Below, piece after piece: positions 47,531-56,799 of a DNA stretch of 64,000 nt; within the stretch, counting starts at the first letter, position 1; every line of letters starts with the position of its first letter. The notes under the pieces were generated by a model. The model ran no database searches and had not been told where the DNA came from. It was given only the letters and a program-made list of their open reading frames with translations. The translations under genes and the position numbers were made by a program. The stretch lies in NCBI GenBank assembly GCA_046052125.1, contig JBJOMY010000004.1, forward strand, positions 279,187 through 343,186, in the 5' to 3' direction. This DNA is from Cyanobacteriota bacterium (GTDB lineage: Bacteria > Cyanobacteriota > Cyanobacteriia > PCC-6307 > Cyanobiaceae).

Positions 47531-47736
47531 GGCTGGATGAAGATTCAATCCCGAAGCTAATCGGGGCTTTTGATGGTGAATTGCAAGTGTTGTAACCGCA
47601 CACAAGTCCCTTGATTCAGTGGCGGGCGATTGTTCTCGTATTAAATCTTTTGCCATTATCACATTGTGATGATTATAGCCCATTATGAGTCGCTATGGTG
47701 GGTTGCTACTTCGATGGTTGTGTGCGCTGTGGGGCG

Positions 47737-48102
47737 ATGAATCACCGACTGAATCGCAGGGTTTGGATCAGTCTCCATCTAGGTTTGGGATTGCTCTGGA
47801 TCTTTGTTCTCTCGCTAGCTGTTTCCGGCAAGTCTGAAATCAACCTCGATCCCTCGCAGGTGGCTCAGATGCTGGCTTTGGCTGGTTGGTTGCCCACGAT
47901 CGCGCTTGCTTGCTGGCAGGTCAGCCATCGCCGTTGGCGAGCTCTGTTCCTCAGCGATCTACTGGGTTCTGGGCTTCTTGTGTTGCTGGCTTGCACGGCT
48001 TACTTGCCCCTGTTCTTTTTTCAGGTGGTGTGGTTCTTGCCGTTTGCGTTGCTGCCACGTGGATGCATCACGGAAGTGCTGGTGCGTGCTTTCAGGAGAT
48101 GA
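47737..48102 (+). CDS. Hypothetical membrane protein
   Basis: 3-4 hydrophobic segments. Confidence 0.5.
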   Translation: MNHRLNRRVWISLHLGLGLLWIFVLSLAVSGKSEINLDPSQVAQMLALAGWLPTIALACWQVSHRRWRALFLSDLLGSGLLVLLACTAYLPLFFFQVVWFLPFALLPRGCITEVLVRAFRR

Positions 48103-48376
48103 GCTCCTGTCTTTTGGCTCAGTGTTGTCTGACTTGTAGATTTTCTTGTTGTTGATCTGGGCGTTCGACCATCCCGAGTGAATAGAAATCTTCGGCTCAA
48201 GACTGGTGGCGATAGAGCTCTGTGCGGAGGAGACGATGGCCTCTGGAGATGTTTGCCCTGACTGATCCCAGGCAAAATTTCCTTGATCCAGGTTTCAAAG
48301 CTTCCATGCTAAGAAGCTGACTTCAATCCGATGACCAACTGCTTGCCGAATAAACGGCGATTGCTATATTTGCTGT

Positions 48377-48454
48377 GTCGTATCTGCTGTAAAGTAGAGC
48401 GACCTTGGATAAGGGAGATTAGATTGAGGGGGGACGCAACACCCCCTCTTTTCC
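48377..48454 (+). ncRNA. Candidate ~80-nt small RNA
   Basis: TTGCCG-16-TATATT promoter, 5' hairpin with GUAA tetraloop, GAGGGGG/CCCCCTC-TTTT terminator. Confidence 0.45.
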
Positions 48455-48690
48455 TTTGTTTTGCACAATCTCAACGCCAAGGGTGTACAGCACGGCTGCA
48501 GCCGGATCGAGCACAATCAACAAGTGCGGGTGAATCAGCGATGAGGGCAGTGCCACGCTGGCCGCAACCAACAATGCGAAGCCGCGGTCACGCATCAGGT
48601 TGAAAGCAAAACGCCGCGGGGGCGACTATCAAGTTCTAACTGGCGGACTAAGCATTGATCGGCCATTGTTTCCTGACTCCCATCGCAGGT

Positions 48691-48996
48691 TCATTTTGGA
48701 GGGAATACGCTTTGTAGTGCTGTTGCCATTCGCTCGCAGCGGGTTCCCTGCAGGAGCATGGGCTCATCACTCATCACTTCGATCTGCAGCTCTCCTGTGG
48801 ACCGATCCGTCCAGGAAGCAATCAGCTTCACGCGGGAGTGATGGGGAATCTCGCTAACCAGTGCATCAGCCGCGTACACCTGGAGTGAATTGGAGACGGA
48901 GTCATCCACAGCCATGCCGAGATGGTTGATTCGAGGCTGCAGTAGTGACAGCAAGCAACTCTCTTCGGTTGTTGCGAGCCACTTGAAGAGCGCCAT
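48691..48996 (-). CDS. Hypothetical protein
   Basis: 101-aa ORF; 'IEVMSDEPM'. Confidence 0.55.
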   Translation of the reverse strand: MALFKWLATTEESCLLSLLQPRINHLGMAVDDSVSNSLQVYAADALVSEIPHHSRVKLIASWTDRSTGELQIEVMSDEPMLLQGTRCERMATALQSVFPPK

Positions 48997-49162
48997 TCAC
49001 TCTTATGAGCTTTGTCAATGTAAACCAAGACACCTGCGCAAGCTCATCGGATCAACAGTGGCGCCTTCCTCTGATGCTCTTATTTACAAAGACCCGCAGT
49101 ACTCTGCGTATTCATTACATCGAGGCGTGCCGAGTTCGTTCATCGGTTCTTGAGCGCCTGGG

Positions 49163-50110
49163 TTAGAGCCCCTGGCGTGTTCGCCGCGGCAACTCCCCGC
49201 ACCAACGCTCATAGTCTGCAGCCGTCACGCCGCAAGCTAGCAGCCCTGCGCACGTCATCAATTCCGCCACGCTTTGATGTTCGAGCTCGGGATCCAGCAA
49301 CAGCTGGCGTAGCCGTTGCAGCCGCATCCGCTTGAGTTCGGCCATGGGTGTGCAGCCCAGTTCCGTTTGGAAACTGTTCTGCACTGTGCGTACCGACACG
49401 TTCATCGCTGCGCTCAACTCCACCACTGAGAAGCGCTCTTGTAGTCGGTGCTGCATCCAGGTACAGGCCTCACCCACGAGTGTGCGCCGACGAGTGGCCG
49501 TAATGCGTTCTCGCTGGTGCGGGTCCGGGCTGGAGGCGGCAAAGGCCTGGTTCAAGGCATGCACCAAGCGCTCCGCCGCAAACTCGGCGCCGCCAGGTTC
49601 GAGGGCGACTGCCGCCACCAGGTCCCATCCCGCGGTGATCAACTCCTGAGCAGCCGGCCCCTTGCGCAGCAGGGGCGTAGTCAAGCCCTGGCCCTTGAAG
49701 TACTGCTCGGGCACCACGATCGACACACCACTGACCGATTCGGTGGTGAGCCCGGTCATGGCATCGCCAGGTTGGAACAGCAGCGCTGAACCGGGTTTAG
49801 CCAGGTGCTCCTCGCCGTTGATCGTCTCCTGCACCAGCCCTTCCAGGGGCAGCCACAACACCCCATCCCCGCATTGCTCGCGCTGTAACTCCAGCCGGCC
49901 AGTGCCCTGCAACCAGATCACCTGAAACTCGTCCACCTGCGCAAAGCGCATCAGGGCCTCAAATGGCCCGGATCCAGGGCGCAACCTGCTGCGGTGGTGG
50001 CCAACGGTGCTGGCCAGAGCTTCGTCCCACTGACCGAAGTCTTGGCTGTTGAGGAGTGTCCGCCAGCCGGGGCCGTCTTGCCATTGGGCTGGCTTGCGGG
50101 AGGCCAACAC
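49163..50110 (-). CDS. AraC-family transcriptional regulator
   Basis: 'VSVRTVQNSFQTELGCTPM..RLQRLR', 'YERWCGELP'. Confidence 0.85.
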   Translation of the reverse strand: MLASRKPAQWQDGPGWRTLLNSQDFGQWDEALASTVGHHRSRLRPGSGPFEALMRFAQVDEFQVIWLQGTGRLELQREQCGDGVLWLPLEGLVQETINGEEHLAKPGSALLFQPGDAMTGLTTESVSGVSIVVPEQYFKGQGLTTPLLRKGPAAQELITAGWDLVAAVALEPGGAEFAAERLVHALNQAFAASSPDPHQRERITATRRRTLVGEACTWMQHRLQERFSVVELSAAMNVSVRTVQNSFQTELGCTPMAELKRMRLQRLRQLLLDPELEHQSVAELMTCAGLLACGVTAADYERWCGELPRRTRQGL

Positions 50111-50164
50111 GACTGATCTGCGGTCTAGGAAATTGTGCCAGCTGTCGCGGAAACGAGCTGAGCC

Positions 50165-50506
50165 CTAAAAACGCGACATCGCTGAAACCTTCGCCAGTTT
50201 GTCGGCGTCGAGGCCGGCGAGTTCATCGATGTGCAGCAGATCATCTTTCACAAAGCTGGCGAACACGAACAAGATTCCTTCAGACCTGAAGGCAAATCGG
50301 CCTTCAATCGTGTGCCGCTCGATGCTGAGGTAGTCGTGCAGTTGCCAGACCGCTTCTGCTGAATTCAGTTGTTTTGTTTTCTCTTGAAGATCAGCGATCA
50401 GCCGTTCAACAGTGCGCTGATACGCCTGCTCGAAGGCCTGTTTGGCGATGGCTTGTTCCGATTCCGACCAGCCTTCCAACATTGCATCGGTCATTGGCTT
50501 GGCCAT
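50165..50506 (-). CDS. frp: Fluorescence recovery protein
   Basis: 'WSESEQAIA', 'WQLHDYLSIERH', 'ADKLAKVSA'; downstream of ocp. Confidence 0.9.
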   Translation of the reverse strand: MAKPMTDAMLEGWSESEQAIAKQAFEQAYQRTVERLIADLQEKTKQLNSAEAVWQLHDYLSIERHTIEGRFAFRSEGILFVFASFVKDDLLHIDELAGLDADKLAKVSAMSRF

Positions 50507-50532
50507 GGCTGTATTCGACGATACTCAAAAGT

Positions 50533-51285
50533 TCAAGATGGCGCGAGGGTTCTGCGGCGCCGATGTTCGGCCGGCAGTTCGAACCAAGCCAGCTGCGGGC
50601 TTTCGTGGTGCTCGCGGTGATAGCCGAAGTGAAAACAGGTGATCAGCGATAACCACACCGGATGATCAATGCTCGCTGGTGCTTGGGGATCGCCAGCGTG
50701 CTGTTGGATGCGATGGGGCAGATAGGTGCCGAAGAGAAACAGCTGCCAGGAGCTGAGCAAAAGCGGCGCCACGCACACCACCAATACATTGCACCAGCCC
50801 GTTCTGTGATTGGCCGTGGCCAACACCGCTAGGGCAAGCCAAAGACCAAGCAAGCGGATCATCTGACTTTGGCTGAGGTAGCCAGCCATGAAGGAGCGAT
50901 ACCAACCCCAGGCGCCGATTGAGGCATCAGCGCAGAAATCAGGATCCGAGCTGCTCCCGGAGAAGCGGTGATGGTTGTGGTGCTTGCGCAGGCAGCTTCG
51001 GTAGGGCAACCCTGCGTAGAGCCAGAGAAACCAGGCTCCCAGCCGGTGATTGATCGTTGGTGATCCAGGTACCAACACGCCGTGCATGGCGTCGTGCGCT
51101 GTGATGAACAGGCCCGTTTGAAAGGCCGTTCGCAGCAGAACGGCCGCCGCAACGCACCAAGCGCTTTGGCTGAGTAGATCCAGCCTGAGAAGGCTGATCA
51201 GCGAGATCAACCATCCCAGCAGCACGACCGTTGCCGAGATCACTCCCTTGGCCGCTGGGCTTGGGAGTGTGCTCTGGGTGCTCAA
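50533..51285 (-). CDS. crtW: Beta-carotene ketolase
   Basis: His boxes 'HDAMH', 'KHHNHH', 'HREHH'. Confidence 0.9.
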   Translation of the reverse strand: MSTQSTLPSPAAKGVISATVVLLGWLISLISLLRLDLLSQSAWCVAAAVLLRTAFQTGLFITAHDAMHGVLVPGSPTINHRLGAWFLWLYAGLPYRSCLRKHHNHHRFSGSSSDPDFCADASIGAWGWYRSFMAGYLSQSQMIRLLGLWLALAVLATANHRTGWCNVLVVCVAPLLLSSWQLFLFGTYLPHRIQQHAGDPQAPASIDHPVWLSLITCFHFGYHREHHESPQLAWFELPAEHRRRRTLAPS

Positions 51286-52235
51286 CGGCCGAGCTTGAGC
51301 AGCTCCGCGGGTGAAGCGAGCAGATCGATGGCCACGAAGTAGATCTTGCCTTCCGGGCTGAGCAGAAAACGCCAGGCCACGTTCATGCCAATGCCGGCGC
51401 CAAACCAGGGGGTCTGCACCTTGCCGGTCACCTTGATCTGGGTGAAATCGCCTTCTGCCGGTTCGGCGTAGCCCCGCTCGGGCAGGAGCCGCAGGTTTTG
51501 GCAGTCTTCGCGGAAGAAGCGCAGGATCGCATCACGGCCCACGATCGGCTTCTGGAACGGTGGCTGTAGGGCGCCGTCCGCCAGGAACAGATCGATCAGG
51601 TTGTCGAAATCGTTGGCGTTCAGCAGATCCATGTAGTTGTTCACCGTTGGGTTGATCACCCCTTCGATGAACACCTTCTTGCGCTGCTCTTCCGGTGTGG
51701 GAGGAATCACCGGTTCCATCACCCGCTGGCCTTCGCCCTTTTCGGGATCAAAGCCCATGTCCACCACAAAGTTGCGCAGCAGGGTGATCTGTTGCCCTTG
51801 CTCCACCTCCTGCAGGGAGCGCAGCACCGCCGCTGCATTGGCGGAGAGCTGATATCCCTCGGGAATTGGTGCCACGAGGCCGGCGGCCATCCATTCACCC
51901 AGCTGATACCAGAATCCCAGCTTGATATTCACCGACCAGATCGAGTAAGCGCGGCCGATGGGTGTGTCTGAGCGGTTGGCCAGATCACACATCACCTGGC
52001 TCTGCTCATCAAAGCTCATCGCTTTGATTTGATTGAGCACACCCTCAGCAAATTGCATTCGTGCTGCTGCAGGTGCGGCCACGGTGATCGTGCGGCCCAT
52101 CTCCAGATAGGCATACCAAATCAGCGCTAGTTGGTCTTCTGCATTCAGCAACTTGAAGCGGGCTGTGATCGCCGGAACGACGTCCGCTGATTGCGTATTG
52201 GGAAAGATCTTTGAGGCTCTTTCAAACGTAAACAT
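51282..52235 (-). CDS. ocp: Orange carotenoid protein
   Basis: 'EDQLALIW', 'KLGFWY', 'LQPPF', 'TGKVQTPWFG', 'IDLLASP'. Confidence 0.96.
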   Translation of the reverse strand: MFTFERASKIFPNTQSADVVPAITARFKLLNAEDQLALIWYAYLEMGRTITVAAPAAARMQFAEGVLNQIKAMSFDEQSQVMCDLANRSDTPIGRAYSIWSVNIKLGFWYQLGEWMAAGLVAPIPEGYQLSANAAAVLRSLQEVEQGQQITLLRNFVVDMGFDPEKGEGQRVMEPVIPPTPEEQRKKVFIEGVINPTVNNYMDLLNANDFDNLIDLFLADGALQPPFQKPIVGRDAILRFFREDCQNLRLLPERGYAEPAEGDFTQIKVTGKVQTPWFGAGIGMNVAWRFLLSPEGKIYFVAIDLLASPAELLKLGR

Positions 52236-52341
52236 GAGCCACTTCCCAATTGTTAAGGATTTTTAAAAGGCTAGCACGCGCGTGCCTGATTTCTGGTAGG
52301 GCTCGCATGTGCTTTCGATCTGCTGCGCTGCCACGGCAATC

Positions 52342-52368
52342 AAAAACCCCCGAGCAACGCCCGAGGGT
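52342..52368 (-). terminator. Intrinsic terminator (minus strand) upstream of ocp
   Basis: Minus strand ACCCTCGGGC-GTT-GCTCGGGGGT-TTTT. Confidence 0.65.
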
Positions 52369-52749
52369 CATTGGTCAATCACGTTGAAGTTGCAGTGGAG
52401 CGAAGCTGCTGGCGTTGGCACCTGGGGCCGAACGTTCCAGGTGTGGGTTGGTTGGTTCTCCTGGGGCACCTGAGGCGGTGCATGCGGAGTGTCGACGGCT
52501 CAGACGCACCAGTCAGTGTCCGAACTGACGACCCGCCCACGGTTGGGTGAAGACTGTTGGAGCAGGGGCCTGCAGTCAGCGTTGCTTCTGGCTCCTAGCG
52601 CGGTGGCGTGTCGTCCATGGCGGACGCCTCCTTGGTTGATGTCACCAGATTCGTCCCGCCGGCGGCCCTGGGCAATCCGCGATTTGGCGCATTGCCTTTG
52701 GCTGCGGGCAGGAGCAGCGTGGTTGGTTTGGCGCGTTTTCGGGCCGCTG

Positions 52750-52788
52750 TTGACACGTTGATCTGAACTGGCTAGTACAGGTGTACTT
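52750..52788 (+). promoter_or_regulatory. Promoter with LexA (SOS) box
   Basis: TTGACA (52750-52755), then 17 bp, then TAGTACA-GG-TGTACTT (52773-52788). Confidence 0.65.
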
Positions 52789-52800
52789 CGCCTTGGGTTG

Positions 52801-52971
52801 ATGCCTGTCGCTTCCCCTTATGCGGTGTTCCGCGCGGTTGATCTGATCTGGCCGCCTCAGTCGCGCCCTTCGCTGGAGCCGGTGCTCGCCCCTGTGGCCC
52901 AGCGTCCACCGCGGCCGCGCAAGCGCCGGTTGCCTGGTCTGGTGCAGGGCGAGTTGTTTCCGCTCAGCTGA
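52801..52971 (+). CDS. Putative SOS microprotein (56 aa) with C-terminal QGELF
   Basis: MPVASPYAVFRAVDLIWPP..RPRKRRLPGLVQGELFPLS, 12 bp after the LexA-type box. Confidence 0.6.
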   Translation: MPVASPYAVFRAVDLIWPPQSRPSLEPVLAPVAQRPPRPRKRRLPGLVQGELFPLS

Positions 52972-53617
52972 GCGCCTGCTGCAGCGAGAACAGCCCGAAG
53001 GCGATAAACAGGCCGCCGCTGAGGCGATAGAGCAGCTGTTCGCTGATCCGGCCGCCAATCCACTTGCCGGCGCCCACGGCCAGCCAGGTGACGAGGGCAT
53101 GACCGAGCAGGGTGCCGAGCAGCAGCCCGGCAAAGGTGAAGGCTGGCGTAGTGGCCAAAAAGATGGTGGTGAACTGGGTGCGATCACCCAGCTCGGCGAT
53201 GAACACCAGCGCAAACGCTTCGCAGATCACAGCCCAGGTGGTGCTGATGCGCCGGCCGCTCTCGGCTTCGGCAATCGCTTTCTCTGCTTCCTTCTCTTCT
53301 TCTTCCGCCTCGTTGGCCGCCATCCGCTGGGCATCCACGAGCAGCTTGAGGCCGAAGGCCAGAAACAGCACCGCCGCCAACCAGGGCACCACGCTCGCGG
53401 GCAGCAGTTCGCGCAGGCCGTAGCCCAGCCCCAGGGAAATCAGGGTGACAGCCGTGAGCGCGGCGAAGGCGCCGATGAACACATCCCTTGCGCGGTGGCG
53501 GGCCGCCAGGATCAGCGCCATGAAAAAGGTTTTGTCACCCAGCTCCGCCAGGGTGATGGCGGTGAGGCTGGCCCCAAAGGCCGCCACGCCGGGATCAGAA
53601 GGAAGCGGTGCGCTCAT
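52964..53617 (-). CDS. TMEM165/GDT1 (UPF0016) Mn2+/Ca2+ transporter
   Basis: 'ELGDKT' and 'ELGDRT' motifs, acidic loop. Confidence 0.9.
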   Translation of the reverse strand: MSAPLPSDPGVAAFGASLTAITLAELGDKTFFMALILAARHRARDVFIGAFAALTAVTLISLGLGYGLRELLPASVVPWLAAVLFLAFGLKLLVDAQRMAANEAEEEEKEAEKAIAEAESGRRISTTWAVICEAFALVFIAELGDRTQFTTIFLATTPAFTFAGLLLGTLLGHALVTWLAVGAGKWIGGRISEQLLYRLSGGLFIAFGLFSLQQALS

Positions 53618-53649
53618 GCGCTGAACCTGCCGCAATGATCATGAAGAAA

Positions 53650-54942
53650 TCATGAGGTTGGGCTGGGCTTCGGCAAGCGCACCTGCAGCACGCAGTGCCC
53701 CGCGGCGCAGTCGGCCACGCTGAGATCACCGCCGTGGCTGCGGGCGATGCTGCGGGCGATGGCTAGCCCCAGTCCGCTGTGGCCGCCCTGATCGCTGCTG
53801 CGCCAGAACCGCTCGAACACCTGCTCGCGCGCTTCCCGCGGAATCCCCGGTCCCTGGTCTGCCACCTCCACCTGCCATTGGCGGCCGGCGCTGATCACCG
53901 CAAGCGCCACGGTTCCTCCGGCAGGGCTGTGGCGGATGGCATTGAGCAGCAGGTTGGTGAACAGGCGCAGGAGTTGCTCGCTTTGGCCTTCGATCTCGGC
54001 GTTTGCGGTGGACGGATCCGGGCTGAGCGTGAGCTGAATCGAACGCTCGCTGGCCTGGGCGCTGTAGCAACGGGTCAGGTCTTCCAGGAGCTCGAGCAGA
54101 TCGAAACGCTCCAGTGGCCGAGGTGCGGTGCGGGTGTCGCGCTGGCGGGCCAGCAGCAAGAGGTCGTCCACCAGGTCGCCCAATTGAGCGCTGAGTTGGT
54201 TGAGTTCGCGCCAGGCCAGTTCGGGGCGTTGGCGCAGGTCTTGGGGCACGGCGGCCAGCAGCGCCCGCTGGGCGGAGAGTGGATGGCGCAGTTCATGGGA
54301 GGCGTCGGCCGTGAACCGCTCCAGGAGCCGCACCTGTTGCTGCAGGGGCCAGAACGCTGCCTTGAGCATGCTGCGGCCCACGAGCAACGCGGCCAACACC
54401 GTGACGATCCCGCCCAGCAGCAGTCCGCTGCGCAGCCGCTCGAGATCCGCCAGGGCCGCCCGATCGGAGAGGGCCACCCGCACTGATCCCAGCAGCTGGG
54501 CTGCTCCAGCCGGTTGCGGCCTCACCCACACCGGTTGCCAGAGGCTGATCCCGCCATCCCAGCGCTGCCATTGGCCGCTTGGAGCGCGAGCCGGCAAATG
54601 CAGCCCGCCCTGCTCAAGCAGCAGTTGGCCGCGGGCATCAAACCATTGGATGTGCTGATCCTGCAGCGCCGGTGCAGTGATCAGCTGGGTGTTGGGCCGG
54701 AACTTGGCGGCTCCCGCGGCTTCCTTCATTTCATGGGCGATCAGCGGCAGCTGGCTGGTGGCGGTGGCCATCAGCTGGCGCAGCTCGGTGCGTTGATCCT
54801 CCTGGCGCTGCAACGCCACCTTCCAGTAGAGCGAGCCGGCAAAGGCGCTGAGCAGCAGCAGCGCAAAACTGCCCCCCTGCAGCAACAGGCGCCGCTTGAG
54901 CTGCAGTGGATCAGGTGGCAGTGAGCCGGTAGCCAAGGCCAT
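53650..54942 (-). CDS. Sensor histidine kinase
   Basis: 2 TM, 'ASHELR.PL', 'NLLLNAIRH', 'DQGPGI', 'GLGLAI'. Confidence 0.9.
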   Translation of the reverse strand: MALATGSLPPDPLQLKRRLLLQGGSFALLLLSAFAGSLYWKVALQRQEDQRTELRQLMATATSQLPLIAHEMKEAAGAAKFRPNTQLITAPALQDQHIQWFDARGQLLLEQGGLHLPARAPSGQWQRWDGGISLWQPVWVRPQPAGAAQLLGSVRVALSDRAALADLERLRSGLLLGGIVTVLAALLVGRSMLKAAFWPLQQQVRLLERFTADASHELRHPLSAQRALLAAVPQDLRQRPELAWRELNQLSAQLGDLVDDLLLLARQRDTRTAPRPLERFDLLELLEDLTRCYSAQASERSIQLTLSPDPSTANAEIEGQSEQLLRLFTNLLLNAIRHSPAGGTVALAVISAGRQWQVEVADQGPGIPREAREQVFERFWRSSDQGGHSGLGLAIARSIARSHGGDLSVADCAAGHCVLQVRLPKPSPTS

Positions 54943-55588
54943 ACACCGTTTCAATCAGATTGGCGTGGCCGCCGGCGGCGCTCAGCTTCTGGCGCAGGTT
55001 GCGCATGTGCGAGCGCAGGGCGTCATCGCCCATCACACGGCGGCCGTCCTCGCAGCCATCGAGCAGGTCGTCTTTGCGGCAGGCGCCGCCCTGGGCGCGG
55101 ATCAACTGCTCGAGGATCAACGCCTCCTTGGGGGTGAGCTCCACGGTTTGCTCGCCTAGCTGCGCCATGGTGTCGCCGGGCTGCAGCTGCAGTGATCCCC
55201 AGCTCAGGCTTGTTGTGAGGGGGCGATTCGCTCGGCGCAGCAAGGCGCGGATCCTGGCTTGGAGCAGAGCCGGATCGAACGGCTTCACCACGTAGTCGTC
55301 GGCGCCGCCATCCAGCCCGGCGAGTTTGTCCTCGCGGCGATCGCGGCCGCTGAGCATCAGCACCAGCGGTTGGTGGCGGGATGCCCGCCGCAGGCTGCGG
55401 CACACCTCCAGGCCATCGCGATCGGGTAGCCCCAGATCGAGCAGCACCAGATCAAACAGCTCCAGCTCCAGCCAATCGAGCGCCTCGCGGGCATTGGTGG
55501 CGGCCTGGGCGGCGTACCCCCACTGAGCGATCAGCCGCAGCAGGGCTTCCCGCAGCGTGGGTTCGTCCTCCACCACCAGCAGCTTCAT
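54911..55588 (-). CDS. OmpR-family response regulator
   Basis: 'LVVEDE', 'LLDLGLP', 'ADDYVVKPF', 'IETVYGLGY'. Confidence 0.92.
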   Translation of the reverse strand: MKLLVVEDEPTLREALLRLIAQWGYAAQAATNAREALDWLELELFDLVLLDLGLPDRDGLEVCRSLRRASRHQPLVLMLSGRDRREDKLAGLDGGADDYVVKPFDPALLQARIRALLRRANRPLTTSLSWGSLQLQPGDTMAQLGEQTVELTPKEALILEQLIRAQGGACRKDDLLDGCEDGRRVMGDDALRSHMRNLRQKLSAAGGHANLIETVYGLGYRLTAT

Positions 55589-55593
55589 GAGAG

Positions 55594-56283
55594 TCAGCTG
55601 AGGCTAAAGAGGTTGTCGTATTGGTAGTAATCGGGTTTGTTCAATCCTTCGCGTTGCAGCATCTTGCGGATCTGAATGATCTCCTTGCGCTGCGCCACGA
55701 TGATCTCGCGCGCGAGTCGCCGGATGGTGGGATTGTTGCACTTGATTAGCGCGTCATGGGCCATTACCAGTGCGCCGCCGTGGTGCTGAAGCATTCCCTC
55801 GAGAAACCAGATCACGCGGGTGTCGCGTGTTGGTGAGCGTCCTGTCATCTGCATCGCCTGGATCTGCGCAGTGCTCATGCGCATCAATCCATCGAGGGCA
55901 TTGGGGTTGCCGCCTGGTTTGAGGGCAACGGGATACACAGGCGCTTCGGGATACCAGGCTTTGCGCCACTGGCCCATGGCTTTGATCTCCTGGGACTGAT
56001 CGCGCCAGATCTGTTTCCCGAGGGCGCCCACACCAGGTGAGCCGATGTCGAACACAAACTCGCTCATCCGCAGCGCCCCGGTGTGGTGCTGCACCATCGC
56101 GTCGATCCAGCGCAGGTCGTAACTGCCGCCGGCCGGTCCAACGTTGTGGGTGTGGTTGCTGTGTTCGAGCGGCTGTGGCTGCGGAGCTTGATGGTGGTGT
56201 TGGTGGTCGTTGGGGGCCATCTGTGCCCGAGCCACGGGTGCGAGCAGGCCGGCTACGGCCAGCAAGGCCAGTGCAGAGCGCAT
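55594..56283 (-). CDS. DUF305 (CopM-like) periplasmic metal-binding protein
   Basis: Signal peptide, His-rich N-terminus, two 'MxQHHxGALxM' motifs. Confidence 0.85.
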   Translation of the reverse strand: MRSALALLAVAGLLAPVARAQMAPNDHQHHHQAPQPQPLEHSNHTHNVGPAGGSYDLRWIDAMVQHHTGALRMSEFVFDIGSPGVGALGKQIWRDQSQEIKAMGQWRKAWYPEAPVYPVALKPGGNPNALDGLMRMSTAQIQAMQMTGRSPTRDTRVIWFLEGMLQHHGGALVMAHDALIKCNNPTIRRLAREIIVAQRKEIIQIRKMLQREGLNKPDYYQYDNLFSLS

Positions 56284-56392
56284 GGGGGGCGATGGGGTGA
56301 GAGCTCGTTCTACGACGAACTCTCTGCTTGTTGGAGCGCGGATTAGTGAAGCCAGAAGCGACCCAGCTTGACTCCACGCTTGTGGATTGGCG

Positions 56393-56746
56393 TTACTCCG
56401 GCGTGATCTGGTCCGTAAGAGATGGCGTTGATCTCATCAATCTGGCCACATCCCTGGCAGCAGAGCTGGTGCGCCCAAAGCGCAGCGCTTCTGCTGGAAT
56501 GATCCACTGTTTGCCGCAATCACGGCAGCGAAGATCGATTGCGATGGCGCTTTGGTTACAGGCCTGGAGGAGCCACCTCATGAACGCCACCATCGCAAGC
56601 CAGAGAACGGCTGCAATCCATGGATCCCAGGGAGTGGCCCATGGCAGGGTGAGGCAAAACCCCACAATCAGAGCTCCGATCAATCCTGCGAGCGAATAAA
56701 TCACGATCGCTGGGATCCACTCCAGGCCCTGTGTAGCGGCCGCCAC
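56393..56746 (-). CDS. Hypothetical membrane protein with CxxC
   Basis: 2 TM then 'CRDCG'. Confidence 0.4.
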   Translation of the reverse strand: MAAATQGLEWIPAIVIYSLAGLIGALIVGFCLTLPWATPWDPWIAAVLWLAMVAFMRWLLQACNQSAIAIDLRCRDCGKQWIIPAEALRFGRTSSAARDVARLMRSTPSLTDQITPE

Positions 56747-56799
56747 CGGACGACGACCGTTTCACTGTTGTAGGGCAAGGTTCTGTTGAGTCGCTTGGC

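Noticed and set aside
52440..52560. Possible glutamine (glnA/downstream-peptide) riboswitch
   Set aside because: Core CGUUCA..GGAAC/GGAAG elements not found in the right arrangement
53618..53650. yybP-ykoY Mn riboswitch before TMEM165
   Set aside because: Only ~30 bp intergenic and no recognisable motif
994..55345. Recurrent GCGATCGC/CGATCG (HIP1-like) sites
   Set aside because: Dispersed, common cyanobacterial feature rather than a local element; not counted rigorously
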